From the NCBI GenBank assembly GCA_965208675.1, contig OZ242351.1, forward strand, positions 4,704,001 through 4,768,000: a DNA stretch of 64,000 nt, read 5' to 3'. The translations under genes and the position numbers were made by a program. Position 1 is the stretch's first letter, and the number at the start of each line of letters is the position of its first letter. The notes beneath the pieces were generated by a model. That model was not told where the DNA came from, did not search any database, and worked only from the letters and a program-made list of their open reading frames with translations. This DNA is from Candidatus Poribacteria bacterium. Its GTDB lineage: Bacteria > Poribacteria > WGA-4E > PCPOR2b. Positions 39,133 through 49,404 of this stretch are shown piece after piece.

Positions 39133-39501
39133 ATGGATAGACTTGTAATCAAGGGTGTTCGGTTTCACGGATATCACGGGGTATCGGAATCAGAACGCCA
39201 GGTTGGCCAGGAGTATGAAATTGACGCGGAATTGACGTGTGATTTGTCCCTGGCGGGAGCGACCGATGAACTTGCCCACACAATTGACTATGGAGCAGTC
39301 GTAAGTCTGATTGTTGAAATTGGCACGCGGCAATCATTTCAACTCATTGAGGCGCTCGCCGAAACCGTTGCGTCAGCGATTTTGGATGAGTTTCCAGTCG
39401 ATGAAGTGCAGATACACGCCAAAAAGCTGTCGCCCCCGATTGAACATCAACTTAACTATGCCGGCGTTAGGATTCGGCGAAAGAGGAACTCTCAAGTGTG
39501 A
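39133..39501 (+). CDS. folB: Dihydroneopterin aldolase
   Basis: FHGYHGV..SERQVGQ, TIDYG, FQLIEALAE. TGCTATAAT extended -10 at 39042-39050. Confidence 0.93.
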   Translation: MDRLVIKGVRFHGYHGVSESERQVGQEYEIDAELTCDLSLAGATDELAHTIDYGAVVSLIVEIGTRQSFQLIEALAETVASAILDEFPVDEVQIHAKKLSPPIEHQLNYAGVRIRRKRNSQV

Positions 39502-39830
39502 AGGGATGAAGGAGGTTTTTTTTACTCTACCCCCTCTCGCTCCCCCTTGTTAAGGGGGAGGACAATTGTGGCGACTTGTTAAAGAGGAAGAAACTTGCGG
39601 CGACTGTTTAAGAGGTTGGATAATCGGGAAAATTTGCTAATGGGGAAAACGTCGGTGGTGACTTCTCAAAGGGAAGGACATATGTGGTGACTTGGTAAAT
39701 GTTGGGTAGAGGTGTCAGCTTGGCAAGAGGGAAAAATTTTGAGAGCGATCCAAAAAACCCGACGTTTGTACCGGTCTTATTATCTTCCGAACGGGGACAG
39801 CGGACGATCAAGGTTTCCATGAAAATCTGC

Positions 39831-39859
39831 TTGAAAATTCAATACCGATCAAGTATTAT
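39831..39859 (+). promoter_or_regulatory. Sigma70-like promoter
   Basis: TTGAAA-17-TATTAT upstream of the ppiD-like gene. Confidence 0.5.
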
Positions 39860-39918
39860 TTTGGCGTTCTAAAAACATTGACGCACGCCGAAACGGATTT
39901 GTTAGGAGAAATTAAGCT

Positions 39919-41919
39919 ATGATTGTTTTTCTGCGGGAAAAATTTATTGCACAGATATTTATGTGGATTATTGCGATTGTTTTTGTGATTGGTTCTTTTT
40001 TACTGTATACCACGATGTCGGGCAATTCGAGTGCTGGGCCCGGTGATGATGACGTTGTCCTCAAGATTAATGGCGCGAAGGTGCGGCGCGGTGAATTTGA
40101 ACGGCTCGTTAGTAACCACCTGCAGAGACAACAACAGCAGGGACAAGCTGGTTTAACAACTGAACGCGATGAGATTGAACAGCAGGTGATTGATCAGATA
40201 ATTCAAGAGCAGATTTATCTGAACGGCGCCCAGTTTAGCGATGCTGAAATTGAGGATGGTATTCGCAGGAATTATTCGCACTTGTTGGGGGCATACAACG
40301 CGTCTAACCCGCAAGAGCGGAACTACATCCGCCAATTTGTCCGTTTGCAAATGAGTTTTGAAGCCTTGCGCAACCAGTTTGAGGGGCTTAACTTAATCAC
40401 GGATACAGAGATTGAAAATGAGTATCGTCTCCAGAATGACAAGGCGAAGTTGAAATACATCCAATTCCAACATACGTCATATACCAGCGCTGTAAACGTT
40501 GAAGACGCCGACATCGCCTCGTATTTTGAAGAACACAAAGATGATTATAAAATTGACGATCGGATTGATTTACGGGTCATCAAGCTTGATCCAAGGGATT
40601 TTGTGACAGACGAATCGGTACGGGCGTACTATGATGAACGTAAAGGTGAGTTTACAACGCCTGAAGCGGTTAAGGCGCGCCATATTCTCGCAAAATTTCC
40701 GGATAGCGCATCGGATGAACAGAAAGCTGAAGTCAAAGCCAGAGCGGAAGAACTCCTTGAAAAAGTGAAGACTGAAGTCGAAGCGGGGACGGATTTTGCC
40801 GACCTGGCGAAGGAGCATTCGGAAGACGCCGGTTCGGCTCCATTAGGAGGGGCGTTGAGGGGACGCCACCCGAAACTACCGCCGGGAGATTATTTTGCGC
40901 GCGGCGATATGGTTGCCCCATTTGAAAAGGCGTGTTTTGAGGAATTGCAGCCGGGTGAGGTGAGCGGCCTTGTTGAGTCCCGATTCGGGTATCACATTAT
41001 CAAATTGGAAGAGAGAAAACCGGAGGAGATTCAGACGTTCGATGCTGCGGAGCGCGAGATTCGTGATAAGTTAATCCAAATTGATGGTGTCGATGAAGCG
41101 AAGACTGTCGCGGAATTTCTGCTTTTCGACGTGGAATATCAAGATTTTGAAGCGGCCGCCAAAGGGGAAAGATATAGTGACTTATCAGTTTTGGTGCAAG
41201 ACACGGGATGGTTTTCTCAAGATGCTACCAACATCCCTCAAGTTGGATCGAAATGGACGTACCGCGGTTTAATTGACCAGGTGTTCAACATGGAAGTGGG
41301 CGTAAGCGATATCATTGAAGCGAAGAAGGGGAACGGGGACATAGAGGCTTATTTTGTCGCGCGGGTGCTTGAGAAAAAGGTTGGCGGCGTCCCCGCGCTT
41401 GAGGACACCTGGACAGCGAGCCCGAAGCGTACCGTTAAAGAACAGGTGGTTGAGGACATAAAAAAAGAGAGAGCACAACAGATGGCGCGCGAGGACGCGC
41501 AGAGATTGTTCGGTCTTCGAAGCGGCGGCGAATCGCTCGAAGATCTACTTAAAAAGTATGAGGCGCCGCAAGGGGTAACCAAGAAAGAACAGTCGGTAGA
41601 AGAGAGCAGATTGTTTGCCATCTCTCCAACCAGCGATTTTGTTTCAGGGCTAGGCGCGTCTCGGGAGGTTATGTTTGCCGCATTTAATATGGACATTGAT
41701 GCCGTTGGCGGGCCTTTTGCGGGCAATGACAGCGAATACCTTATTCAACTTGTTGAGCGTCAGGAACCAGATATGGAAAAATTTGAAAACGATCCCGCCG
41801 AGAAGACCAAAATCCGCCGATCATTGCTACAATCGAAGAAGAGCCAGGTATTCAATAGCTGGTACAATACGCTGAAAAAACAGGCGCAGATAACGGATAA
41901 CCGTTCTGAATCGAGTTAA
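39919..41919 (+). CDS. ppiD: PpiD/SurA-like periplasmic chaperone with parvulin PPIase domain
   Basis: N-terminal TM anchor, VKARHIL, FADLAKEHSED, MVAPFE, SRFGYHIIK. Confidence 0.85.
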   Translation: MIVFLREKFIAQIFMWIIAIVFVIGSFLLYTTMSGNSSAGPGDDDVVLKINGAKVRRGEFERLVSNHLQRQQQQGQAGLTTERDEIEQQVIDQIIQEQIYLNGAQFSDAEIEDGIRRNYSHLLGAYNASNPQERNYIRQFVRLQMSFEALRNQFEGLNLITDTEIENEYRLQNDKAKLKYIQFQHTSYTSAVNVEDADIASYFEEHKDDYKIDDRIDLRVIKLDPRDFVTDESVRAYYDERKGEFTTPEAVKARHILAKFPDSASDEQKAEVKARAEELLEKVKTEVEAGTDFADLAKEHSEDAGSAPLGGALRGRHPKLPPGDYFARGDMVAPFEKACFEELQPGEVSGLVESRFGYHIIKLEERKPEEIQTFDAAEREIRDKLIQIDGVDEAKTVAEFLLFDVEYQDFEAAAKGERYSDLSVLVQDTGWFSQDATNIPQVGSKWTYRGLIDQVFNMEVGVSDIIEAKKGNGDIEAYFVARVLEKKVGGVPALEDTWTASPKRTVKEQVVEDIKKERAQQMAREDAQRLFGLRSGGESLEDLLKKYEAPQGVTKKEQSVEESRLFAISPTSDFVSGLGASREVMFAAFNMDIDAVGGPFAGNDSEYLIQLVERQEPDMEKFENDPAEKTKIRRSLLQSKKSQVFNSWYNTLKKQAQITDNRSESS

Positions 41920-41978
41920 TTATCTAGTCGATAAAGGTTGATGACTTTCTGTCAGTTTGGAAGACTGAAAACTTTAAA

Positions 41979-42836
41979 ATGCCTGCCGCTACCACGAGCG
42001 ATAATCTCTTCATGAGTCGCCCCTTGACAGCCCCCGGTGGTTTCACTGCGGGCATTGAGGGGCCCGCTTGCGACGACGAAGGCAACCTGTATGCCGTCAA
42101 CTATGCCCGTCAAGGTACAATCGGGAAAGTGACTCCCGAAGGTGAGTGCAGCGTATTCCTCGAATTGCCGAACGGCAGCATCGGCAACGGCATTCGTTTT
42201 AATCGCGCCGGTTTCATGTTTATCGCTGATTATGTGAACCACAATATCCTCAAAGTCGACATGGACACGCGAGAAGTCAGCGTCCATGCACATTCGCTGG
42301 CGATGAACCAACCGAATGACCTTGCCATCGGTGCGAACGACATTATCTACGCCAGCGATCCGAACTGGGCGGACTCCACAGGACGGATTTGGCGGATTGG
42401 TCCGGATGGTGCGGTTTCCTGTCTTGAATCCGGAATGGGAACTACCAATGGGATTGAGGTCAGTGCTGATGAGCGGATGTTATACGTCAATGAAAGCGAC
42501 CAACGCAACATTTGGGCATATGACCTCTCTTCAGATGGCGAAATTAGTCATAAACGCCTCTTTATCCAGTTCACGGATTATGGAATGGACGGTATGCGCT
42601 GCGATATTCGGGGCAATTTATATGTAACGCGCTGGGGGAAAGGCACGGTTGCCAAAATTTCTCCACAGGGCGAAGTGCTTCTGGAAATCGAGCTCGCGGG
42701 GAAAAATTGCACGAATCTGGCATTCGGCGGCGCCGACGGCTGTTTGTGTTACGTCACTGTCGCGGATCGGGGGAACGTCGAGTATTTCCGCACTGACCTT
42801 CCCGGGAGGAGTTGGTGCCTCAGGAGAAGGGATTAG
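41979..42836 (+). CDS. SMP-30/gluconolactonase family protein
   Basis: EGPA, PNDL, NGIEVS, DGMRCD, TNLAFGG. Confidence 0.88.
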   Translation: MPAATTSDNLFMSRPLTAPGGFTAGIEGPACDDEGNLYAVNYARQGTIGKVTPEGECSVFLELPNGSIGNGIRFNRAGFMFIADYVNHNILKVDMDTREVSVHAHSLAMNQPNDLAIGANDIIYASDPNWADSTGRIWRIGPDGAVSCLESGMGTTNGIEVSADERMLYVNESDQRNIWAYDLSSDGEISHKRLFIQFTDYGMDGMRCDIRGNLYVTRWGKGTVAKISPQGEVLLEIELAGKNCTNLAFGGADGCLCYVTVADRGNVEYFRTDLPGRSWCLRRRD

Positions 42837-42865
42837 ACAGCCGTCGTATTGGTTGACGCATAATA

Positions 42866-44092
42866 ATGCAAGCCATTCAATACAGGAAAAGTGTGCCGCG
42901 CTATTTGATTGCGAGATTCTTGGGGAAGCGGTGGAACTGGCTTTATACGTCATGGCTGTCGTGCGCTCGTTTGGTCAATATTGAAAGTCCGCAACTCCCC
43001 TCGCCCGATTGGGTAAAAATTAGAACGCGCTTGAGCGGTATTTGCGGCTCTGATCTCGCAACAATCACTGCCAAGGGGAGCCCATATTTTTCGCCGTTTA
43101 CCTCCTGCCCGTTCGTGTTTGGCCACGAAGTTGCGGGAGAAATTGCGGAGATTGGACCGCAGGTTGAAGGGTATGATGTTGGCGACCGCGTCGTCATCGA
43201 ACCGGTTTTGCCGTGCGAGATTAGGGGCATCGTACAAAAATGCCGTCAATGCCAACAAGGCCATTATGCCGGTTGCGAAAATGTTGCACGGGGTGAAATT
43301 TCCGCGGGCGTTCAAACCGGGTATTGCCGGGACACCGGCGGCGGGTGGAGTAAGTATTTTGCGGCACACAAGAATCAGTTACATCGTGTGCCGGATGATG
43401 TCCCTGACGAAATCGCCGTGTTGATTGAACCGTTCGCGTGTGCGTTACATGGGGTGCTGCAAGCTAACCTGAAAGACGCGGATGAAATTCTGATACTTGG
43501 CGCGGGTACGATTGGGCTGCTCACGCTCGCGGCGATTCGGCATCTCGGAAGAGGGAACCGAATCTACGTCATCGGGAAGCACCAGCATCAGCAGAAACTC
43601 GCCCGTGAACTCGGCGCCGATGTGGTTTTTGCCCCTAGTAAAGCGACATACCGTGATTTTTGCCAATTGACTCAGGCAGAAAGTTATCAGCCGGAACTTG
43701 GCAAACCGGTTATTCTTGGCGGTGTGGATGTCACCTTCGATTGTGTGGCGTCCGCCGACACAATCGACGATTCACTCCGCATGACCCGTTCGGGCGGGCA
43801 AGTGATGCTTGTCGGTATGCCCGCTATTCCGAAAAACATTGATTGGACGGCGCTCTGGCACAAGGCGCTGAATGTTCGGGGTGTGTACGCCTATGGCTTG
43901 GAAAGCTACGAAGGCAAGCGGATTCGCACCTTTTCGTTAGGAATTCAACTTTTGCAACAGATGGGAAGCGAACTGTTACCGTTAGTCGGGGGGTTATTTT
44001 CTTTGGATAATTATCGGAAAGCCGTTCAAACCGCGCTGCACACCGGAAAATTCGGTTCCGTGAAAACAGTCTTCGATCTGCGTTCATCGTAA
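42866..44092 (+). CDS. Zinc-binding (MDR) alcohol dehydrogenase
   Basis: GICGSD, GHE, CxxCxxG..C, GAGTIG. Confidence 0.9.
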   Translation: MQAIQYRKSVPRYLIARFLGKRWNWLYTSWLSCARLVNIESPQLPSPDWVKIRTRLSGICGSDLATITAKGSPYFSPFTSCPFVFGHEVAGEIAEIGPQVEGYDVGDRVVIEPVLPCEIRGIVQKCRQCQQGHYAGCENVARGEISAGVQTGYCRDTGGGWSKYFAAHKNQLHRVPDDVPDEIAVLIEPFACALHGVLQANLKDADEILILGAGTIGLLTLAAIRHLGRGNRIYVIGKHQHQQKLARELGADVVFAPSKATYRDFCQLTQAESYQPELGKPVILGGVDVTFDCVASADTIDDSLRMTRSGGQVMLVGMPAIPKNIDWTALWHKALNVRGVYAYGLESYEGKRIRTFSLGIQLLQQMGSELLPLVGGLFSLDNYRKAVQTALHTGKFGSVKTVFDLRSS

Positions 44093-44132
44093 AGAGCAAT
44101 TTCTAAGGAATTGGGGGCAGAAGGGTAAATTT

Positions 44133-45731
44133 ATGGGAAACGAAAATGACAGAAGTGACCTTATCACACACGTAGAGGACCCCGACCAAAAATATCTGTT
44201 CCACTATGGGGATGGTTTCCTCTATGACCGCCTTCCGAAGGGAACTCGCGTAATCTATCCGCCGAAACCTCTCACGCCGATTGCTGATGACACAACTGCA
44301 ATTAAAAACGCTATTGAGAATCCCTTGGGTGCGCCGCCGCTGTCAGCCCAGCTTCGCCCCGGCATGAAGGTCACGATTGCGTTCGACGATCTTTCGCTGC
44401 CGCTGCCGCCGATGGAGACGCCGGATGTGCGGCAACGCATCATTGAAATCGTCCTTGAGGAACTCGCTGACGCCGGCATTGACGATATTCATTTGATAGC
44501 TGCATTGGGTCTTCACAGGCGAATGACGCCCGCTGAACTCAAGCGGTGCGTTGGCGCAAGGGTTTTTAATCAGTTCCATCCAGATCGATTATATAATCAC
44601 GATGCTGAGGACAATGATAACCTGTCTTTCCTTGGAAAAACGGAGATGGGAGAAGAGGTCGAAATCAATCGACGGATTGCGGAATCCGACCTCTTGATCT
44701 ATGTAAATATTAACCTCGTTGCCATGGATGGCGGTTACAAATCGTTGCCGACCGGCATTTGCAGTTATCGAAGCATTCGCCACCACCACAACACGCACAC
44801 GTTGATGCATTCTCTGTCGTATATGCACCCTCCAAAATCTGCATTGCATCACTCCTGCCAACGGATTTGGAAGGTGATAACGGAACATATCAACTTCTTT
44901 ACGATTGAAACCACGCTTAACAGCGCTACCTTCCCGAAACTGTTTCCTTACCTCGAAAAGCGGGAGAAGAACTTCAATCTGTTCGATGGACTCAATTTCC
45001 ATATCAATAAAACTAGCTTGGATATTATGCCGCGTGCTATGGCTCGCGCCGTGATGCAGAGCATGCGCGCGCCTTACGGGTTAACCGGGGTGCACGCGGG
45101 GCACACCGAACCGGTGCACGAGAAGACGCTTGAAAATGTCTATAAACAGCAGTTGGTGCCTGTCAAAGGCCAGGCGGATATTTTGGTTACGGGCGTTCCG
45201 TATATTGGCCCTTACAACGTCGATTCAATCATGAATCCAATTCTGGTCATGTGCATGACGCTAGGGTACGCCTTTAATTTTTACCATAACCTGCCTTTGA
45301 TACGCCAAGGGGGCGCGGCGATTTTCACTCACCCTGTCGATTACGATTTTCATAAAATCCATCATCCGTCATACATTGACTTTTTCGAAGAGGTCCTTAC
45401 AGAGACTACTGAACCTGCCGAAATCGAAAAGCGGTACGAAGAGTCGTTTGCCAATAATCCTAGGTACATTGACCTCTACCGAAACTCCTACGCCTATCAC
45501 GGTGTACATCCCTTTTACATGTGGTATTGGGGCTGTTATGCACTTGACTATTTGGGGAAGGTGATATTCGTCAAACCGAGGAGCGTTGAAGCGGTACGCC
45601 GTATGGGTTTTGACTACGCGAAAAACCTCACGGAAGCGATCGAAATGGCGCAGAGTTTCGTAGGTGGTTCAACGCCGGAGATTACCTACTATCACTACCC
45701 GCCAATTTTCATGTGCGATGTATCAGCGTAG
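44133..45731 (+). CDS. LarA/DUF2088 (lactate racemase-like) domain protein
   Basis: AIENPLG, VTIAFDDLS, ALGLHRRMT, NHDAED, GGYKS. Confidence 0.8.
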   Translation: MGNENDRSDLITHVEDPDQKYLFHYGDGFLYDRLPKGTRVIYPPKPLTPIADDTTAIKNAIENPLGAPPLSAQLRPGMKVTIAFDDLSLPLPPMETPDVRQRIIEIVLEELADAGIDDIHLIAALGLHRRMTPAELKRCVGARVFNQFHPDRLYNHDAEDNDNLSFLGKTEMGEEVEINRRIAESDLLIYVNINLVAMDGGYKSLPTGICSYRSIRHHHNTHTLMHSLSYMHPPKSALHHSCQRIWKVITEHINFFTIETTLNSATFPKLFPYLEKREKNFNLFDGLNFHINKTSLDIMPRAMARAVMQSMRAPYGLTGVHAGHTEPVHEKTLENVYKQQLVPVKGQADILVTGVPYIGPYNVDSIMNPILVMCMTLGYAFNFYHNLPLIRQGGAAIFTHPVDYDFHKIHHPSYIDFFEEVLTETTEPAEIEKRYEESFANNPRYIDLYRNSYAYHGVHPFYMWYWGCYALDYLGKVIFVKPRSVEAVRRMGFDYAKNLTEAIEMAQSFVGGSTPEITYYHYPPIFMCDVSA

Positions 45732-45747
45732 CGGAGAACACCCGGTT

Positions 45748-48700
45748 ATGGAGATCATAAAACCCGTCCAACAAGAAACTGCCGCTATGACTAAGGGAAA
45801 AATATTTCGCGTTAGCCTCCAGATTTTCTTGGCGTGCGCGCTCTTTTCTTTTCACGCATTGACTTGGGCTGAGAAGGCGACGAGGCCTTCGGACGTCATT
45901 GAAACCGCCATCCGCCACCAAAGCCTCGGACTTGCTTACCTGGAAGAGTCTCAACCGAGCAAAGCCATTTTGGAATTTGAGGCTTTAGTGGAGATAATTC
46001 CCCAAGAACCGATTGGTTACGGAAATCTTGCAGTTGCGTATCTTCGCCTGCAAAAAAGCGATGAAGCCGAAACGTGGGTGACACGCGGCCTCGAAATTGC
46101 GCCGATGGACAGCCAGTTGCGTTTTATCCTCGCAGAGGTTAATCAATGGCAGGGTAAGACAGAGGAGATGGTCGCGGAAATTCAGGAAGCTGTAAAGCTC
46201 GCACCGGAAAACTTGGAGATGCGGTATAAGCTGGCGCGCCACTATTTGGGTCAACGGAACGACCCACAAGCGAATTTACAGGCGATTGACCACTTATGGA
46301 TACTGCGGGAGGGCGCGCCAACCAATATCGTGGTGCTACTCCAGTTGGCGCAAGCGCTTCTGCAACGAGAACAGACTGAAGAGGCGAAACGGATTTGTAC
46401 GGAATTACATGCGCTGTTGTGGGATGTCGATGAAAAGTTCCTCAAGTTCTTAAAACAGGGATTGCTCCTGCTCGACCAAGGTGACATCAAGGGGGCATCT
46501 CGTAACGTTCGGATATTTAGCAACGTCCAGCGAAACACCCCCCGCTACCAACAGGGAATTGGCGAACTTGTTACTGACATTATTGGACACCCGATTGAGG
46601 AATTCAGCCCCGGTTTCAAATCTCGCGTTGTTGCTAAACTTAGCCCTGCGGTTGATATGCGCTACGTCGATGAAACGCAGGGACTCGGACTTAGCAATTT
46701 GTCAGGCAAAAGATCGAGGGTCATACTGTCAGATACGGACAGCGACGGCGATTTAGACCTATTTGCGCTCTACGCGAGCAGCGGCGAGGAAACAACCGGC
46801 AGTTTTTTCCTAAACCACGATGGGAAGTTTGTAGCTCATCCACCCAGCGAATACGGTGATGCCGCCGCGTTCGTCGACATTGACAAGGACGGCGACCAAG
46901 ATTTGTACGTGCTAGTGGAGAAACGGGAGCGGTTACTCGTGAATTCGGGCGACGCTTTTGAGCTTCAATCGCCGCCGAGAGGTGGTTCAGCGGTGCTATT
47001 TGTCGATTACGATCACGACGGCGACCTGGACAGGATGACAGTCAGCGATGGCGAAACCAGCATGCAGCGGAATAACGGTGACGGCTCATTCACCGATGTG
47101 ACGCTTCAGACCTTTTTGCCTCCTGAGACGCAGGGCGGTCTTGACGCCGCGTTCGGCGATTTTGATGATGACGGCGATGTTGATATATTTACCGTGAATG
47201 GTGCGAGCGGAACCACCCTATACACCAATCTGCGGCAGGGCAAGCTACGCGCGGTGACCGATGGACTGGGAATTTCACAGGATGTGTTTTTTACATCGGT
47301 TGCCGTGGGCGATTATGATAATGACGGCGATCTCGACCTCTTTTTGGCGACGGACGGTGATACCCCTCATCAGCTCTATCTCAACAGGGGGAACGCCGCG
47401 TTTGTTCACGATAACCGATCGATGGCGGGATTATCTTCGACAAATGGTGTGCGCGGATGGGATGCGCATTTCCTGGATTTTGACAACGACGGTTTTTTGG
47501 ATCTTTGGGTTGTCGGCCAACGAGAGGGCGGAGATGGAATTTTGCTATTTCGGAATGACGGCACCGCAAAATTTGACGATGTTTCAAGACTGTTGCCGGA
47601 CGGTGCCGCCGGTGGGATTGACGGAGCGGTGGGCGACTACGACAACGACGGCGATTTAGATTTGGTTTTGATTGACGGTGAGGGACAAGTTTTCGCGTTA
47701 CGAAATGATGGCGGCAACAAGAACGGATGGCTGCAAGTTCGGCTAGAGGGAGTCACTGCGGGCAATAATAAGGTCAATATCGACGGTATCGCTTCGAGGG
47801 TTGAACTCAAGGCTGGCGACCTCTACCAGATGAGGAATGTCACCGATCCGATTACGCATTTCGGGCTAGGAGCTGCCGAGCAAGGTGATGTGTTGCGTGT
47901 GGTCTGGACGAACGGCGTTCCCCAGAACCTTATACATCCGAAGGCGAATCAGCGCATTGTTGAGAAACAGATTCTGAAAGGCTCTTGTCCGTTTTTGTAC
48001 GTTTATGACGGGGAGAAATATCAATTTGTGACAGATCTTTTGTGGCGCAGCCCGCTCGGGATGGCAACGCCGATGGGGTTCCTCGCCCCCGCCCAGACTG
48101 CAGATTACGTCAAAATATCGGGCGACCTCATGAAGCCCAAATCCGGCGTCTATTCGATACAAGTCACAGAAGAACTCTGGGAGACTGTCTATGTTGATGA
48201 GGTCAAGCTAATCGTCGTGGACCACCCAGACGGGACGCAGATATTCGTCGATGAAAAATACAGCCCACCGCCGTTTCCGGACTTCAAAATCTATGCAACT
48301 CAAGAGATTCATCGGCCGCGCGCTGCGTTCGATTCCCATGGTAACGATGTCGCCGATGCACTGATGGAATTCGACTACCGTTATGCTGTCGAACATGAAC
48401 CCGGTAAGTTTCAAGGCGTGGTTGAACCGCATTCTGTTATACTCGACCTCGGTGATGTTCCAAATGACCAGCTGTTAACGTTGTTTCTCTCCGGTTGGAT
48501 ATTTCCAACAGACACGAGTATCAATGTTTCACTCTCGCAAAATCCGTCGCTCAGCCCGAGATTCCCTTATTTACAAGTGCTAAACAGTGAGGGCGAATGG
48601 CAAACGGTGATAGACGTGATTGGGATACCGGCAGGGAAGAACAAAACAATCGCCGTAGATTTGACGGGAATATTCCTTTCTGAAGATCGGCGTGTGAAGA

Positions 48701-49251
48701 TTTCAACCGATATGCAGATATACTGGGATTCGGCGTTTTTTTCAATTGGCGCACCGGTTGTGCCCATGCAAATTACGGAATTACCTCCCCATAGCGCGGA
48801 TCTTCACTATCGCGGCTTCTCCGAAATGTATCGTCCGACAGCGCATGCGCCGCACCTGTTCAATTATGAGAGCGTCGTCAAGGAGGCGCAGTGGCGGGAT
48901 CTTGCGGGAAATTATACGCGTTATGGAGATGTCACGCCGCTGCTCCAGCGGATTGACGATATGTATGTGATTATGAATGCTGGCGACGAAATGACGGTTG
49001 AATTTGACGCGGCGAAGCTGCCGCCGTTGAAAGATGGGTGGGTGCGAGATTTTATTCTTTTCAGCGATGGCTGGGACAAGGATGGCGACATCAATACGCT
49101 CTTCTCGCAGACCGCCGGCCCGCTGCCATTTCACGGCATGTCCGCCTATCCATATCCTGAAGGCGAGAATTACCCCGACAATTTAGAACATGTGCGTTAT
49201 CAACTGGAATACAACACGCGTCGGGTAGGGCACAAGTTGCCCGATTTTTAG
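45748..49251 (+). CDS. Secreted TPR plus FG-GAP/VCBS repeat (CRTAC1/ASPIC-UnbV-like) protein
   Basis: N-terminal TPRs, many DxDxDGDxDL repeats, THFGLG, KGSCPFLY C-terminal domain. Confidence 0.88.
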   Translation: MEIIKPVQQETAAMTKGKIFRVSLQIFLACALFSFHALTWAEKATRPSDVIETAIRHQSLGLAYLEESQPSKAILEFEALVEIIPQEPIGYGNLAVAYLRLQKSDEAETWVTRGLEIAPMDSQLRFILAEVNQWQGKTEEMVAEIQEAVKLAPENLEMRYKLARHYLGQRNDPQANLQAIDHLWILREGAPTNIVVLLQLAQALLQREQTEEAKRICTELHALLWDVDEKFLKFLKQGLLLLDQGDIKGASRNVRIFSNVQRNTPRYQQGIGELVTDIIGHPIEEFSPGFKSRVVAKLSPAVDMRYVDETQGLGLSNLSGKRSRVILSDTDSDGDLDLFALYASSGEETTGSFFLNHDGKFVAHPPSEYGDAAAFVDIDKDGDQDLYVLVEKRERLLVNSGDAFELQSPPRGGSAVLFVDYDHDGDLDRMTVSDGETSMQRNNGDGSFTDVTLQTFLPPETQGGLDAAFGDFDDDGDVDIFTVNGASGTTLYTNLRQGKLRAVTDGLGISQDVFFTSVAVGDYDNDGDLDLFLATDGDTPHQLYLNRGNAAFVHDNRSMAGLSSTNGVRGWDAHFLDFDNDGFLDLWVVGQREGGDGILLFRNDGTAKFDDVSRLLPDGAAGGIDGAVGDYDNDGDLDLVLIDGEGQVFALRNDGGNKNGWLQVRLEGVTAGNNKVNIDGIASRVELKAGDLYQMRNVTDPITHFGLGAAEQGDVLRVVWTNGVPQNLIHPKANQRIVEKQILKGSCPFLYVYDGEKYQFVTDLLWRSPLGMATPMGFLAPAQTADYVKISGDLMKPKSGVYSIQVTEELWETVYVDEVKLIVVDHPDGTQIFVDEKYSPPPFPDFKIYATQEIHRPRAAFDSHGNDVADALMEFDYRYAVEHEPGKFQGVVEPHSVILDLGDVPNDQLLTLFLSGWIFPTDTSINVSLSQNPSLSPRFPYLQVLNSEGEWQTVIDVIGIPAGKNKTIAVDLTGIFLSEDRRVKISTDMQIYWDSAFFSIGAPVVPMQITELPPHSADLHYRGFSEMYRPTAHAPHLFNYESVVKEAQWRDLAGNYTRYGDVTPLLQRIDDMYVIMNAGDEMTVEFDAAKLPPLKDGWVRDFILFSDGWDKDGDINTLFSQTAGPLPFHGMSAYPYPEGENYPDNLEHVRYQLEYNTRRVGHKLPDF

Positions 49252-49404
49252 TCTGATGTGTACTGAGATTCAATTTGTACTTTTGGTCTGTTTGATACGG
49301 TGAGTGAGCGGTTTTAGATAATATGGAAAATTGCATGAGATGAATGATATAATAATCAAAATTATAAGGATTAAGAAATTAAAGCGACAAGGAGAAGGGA
49401 GCAA

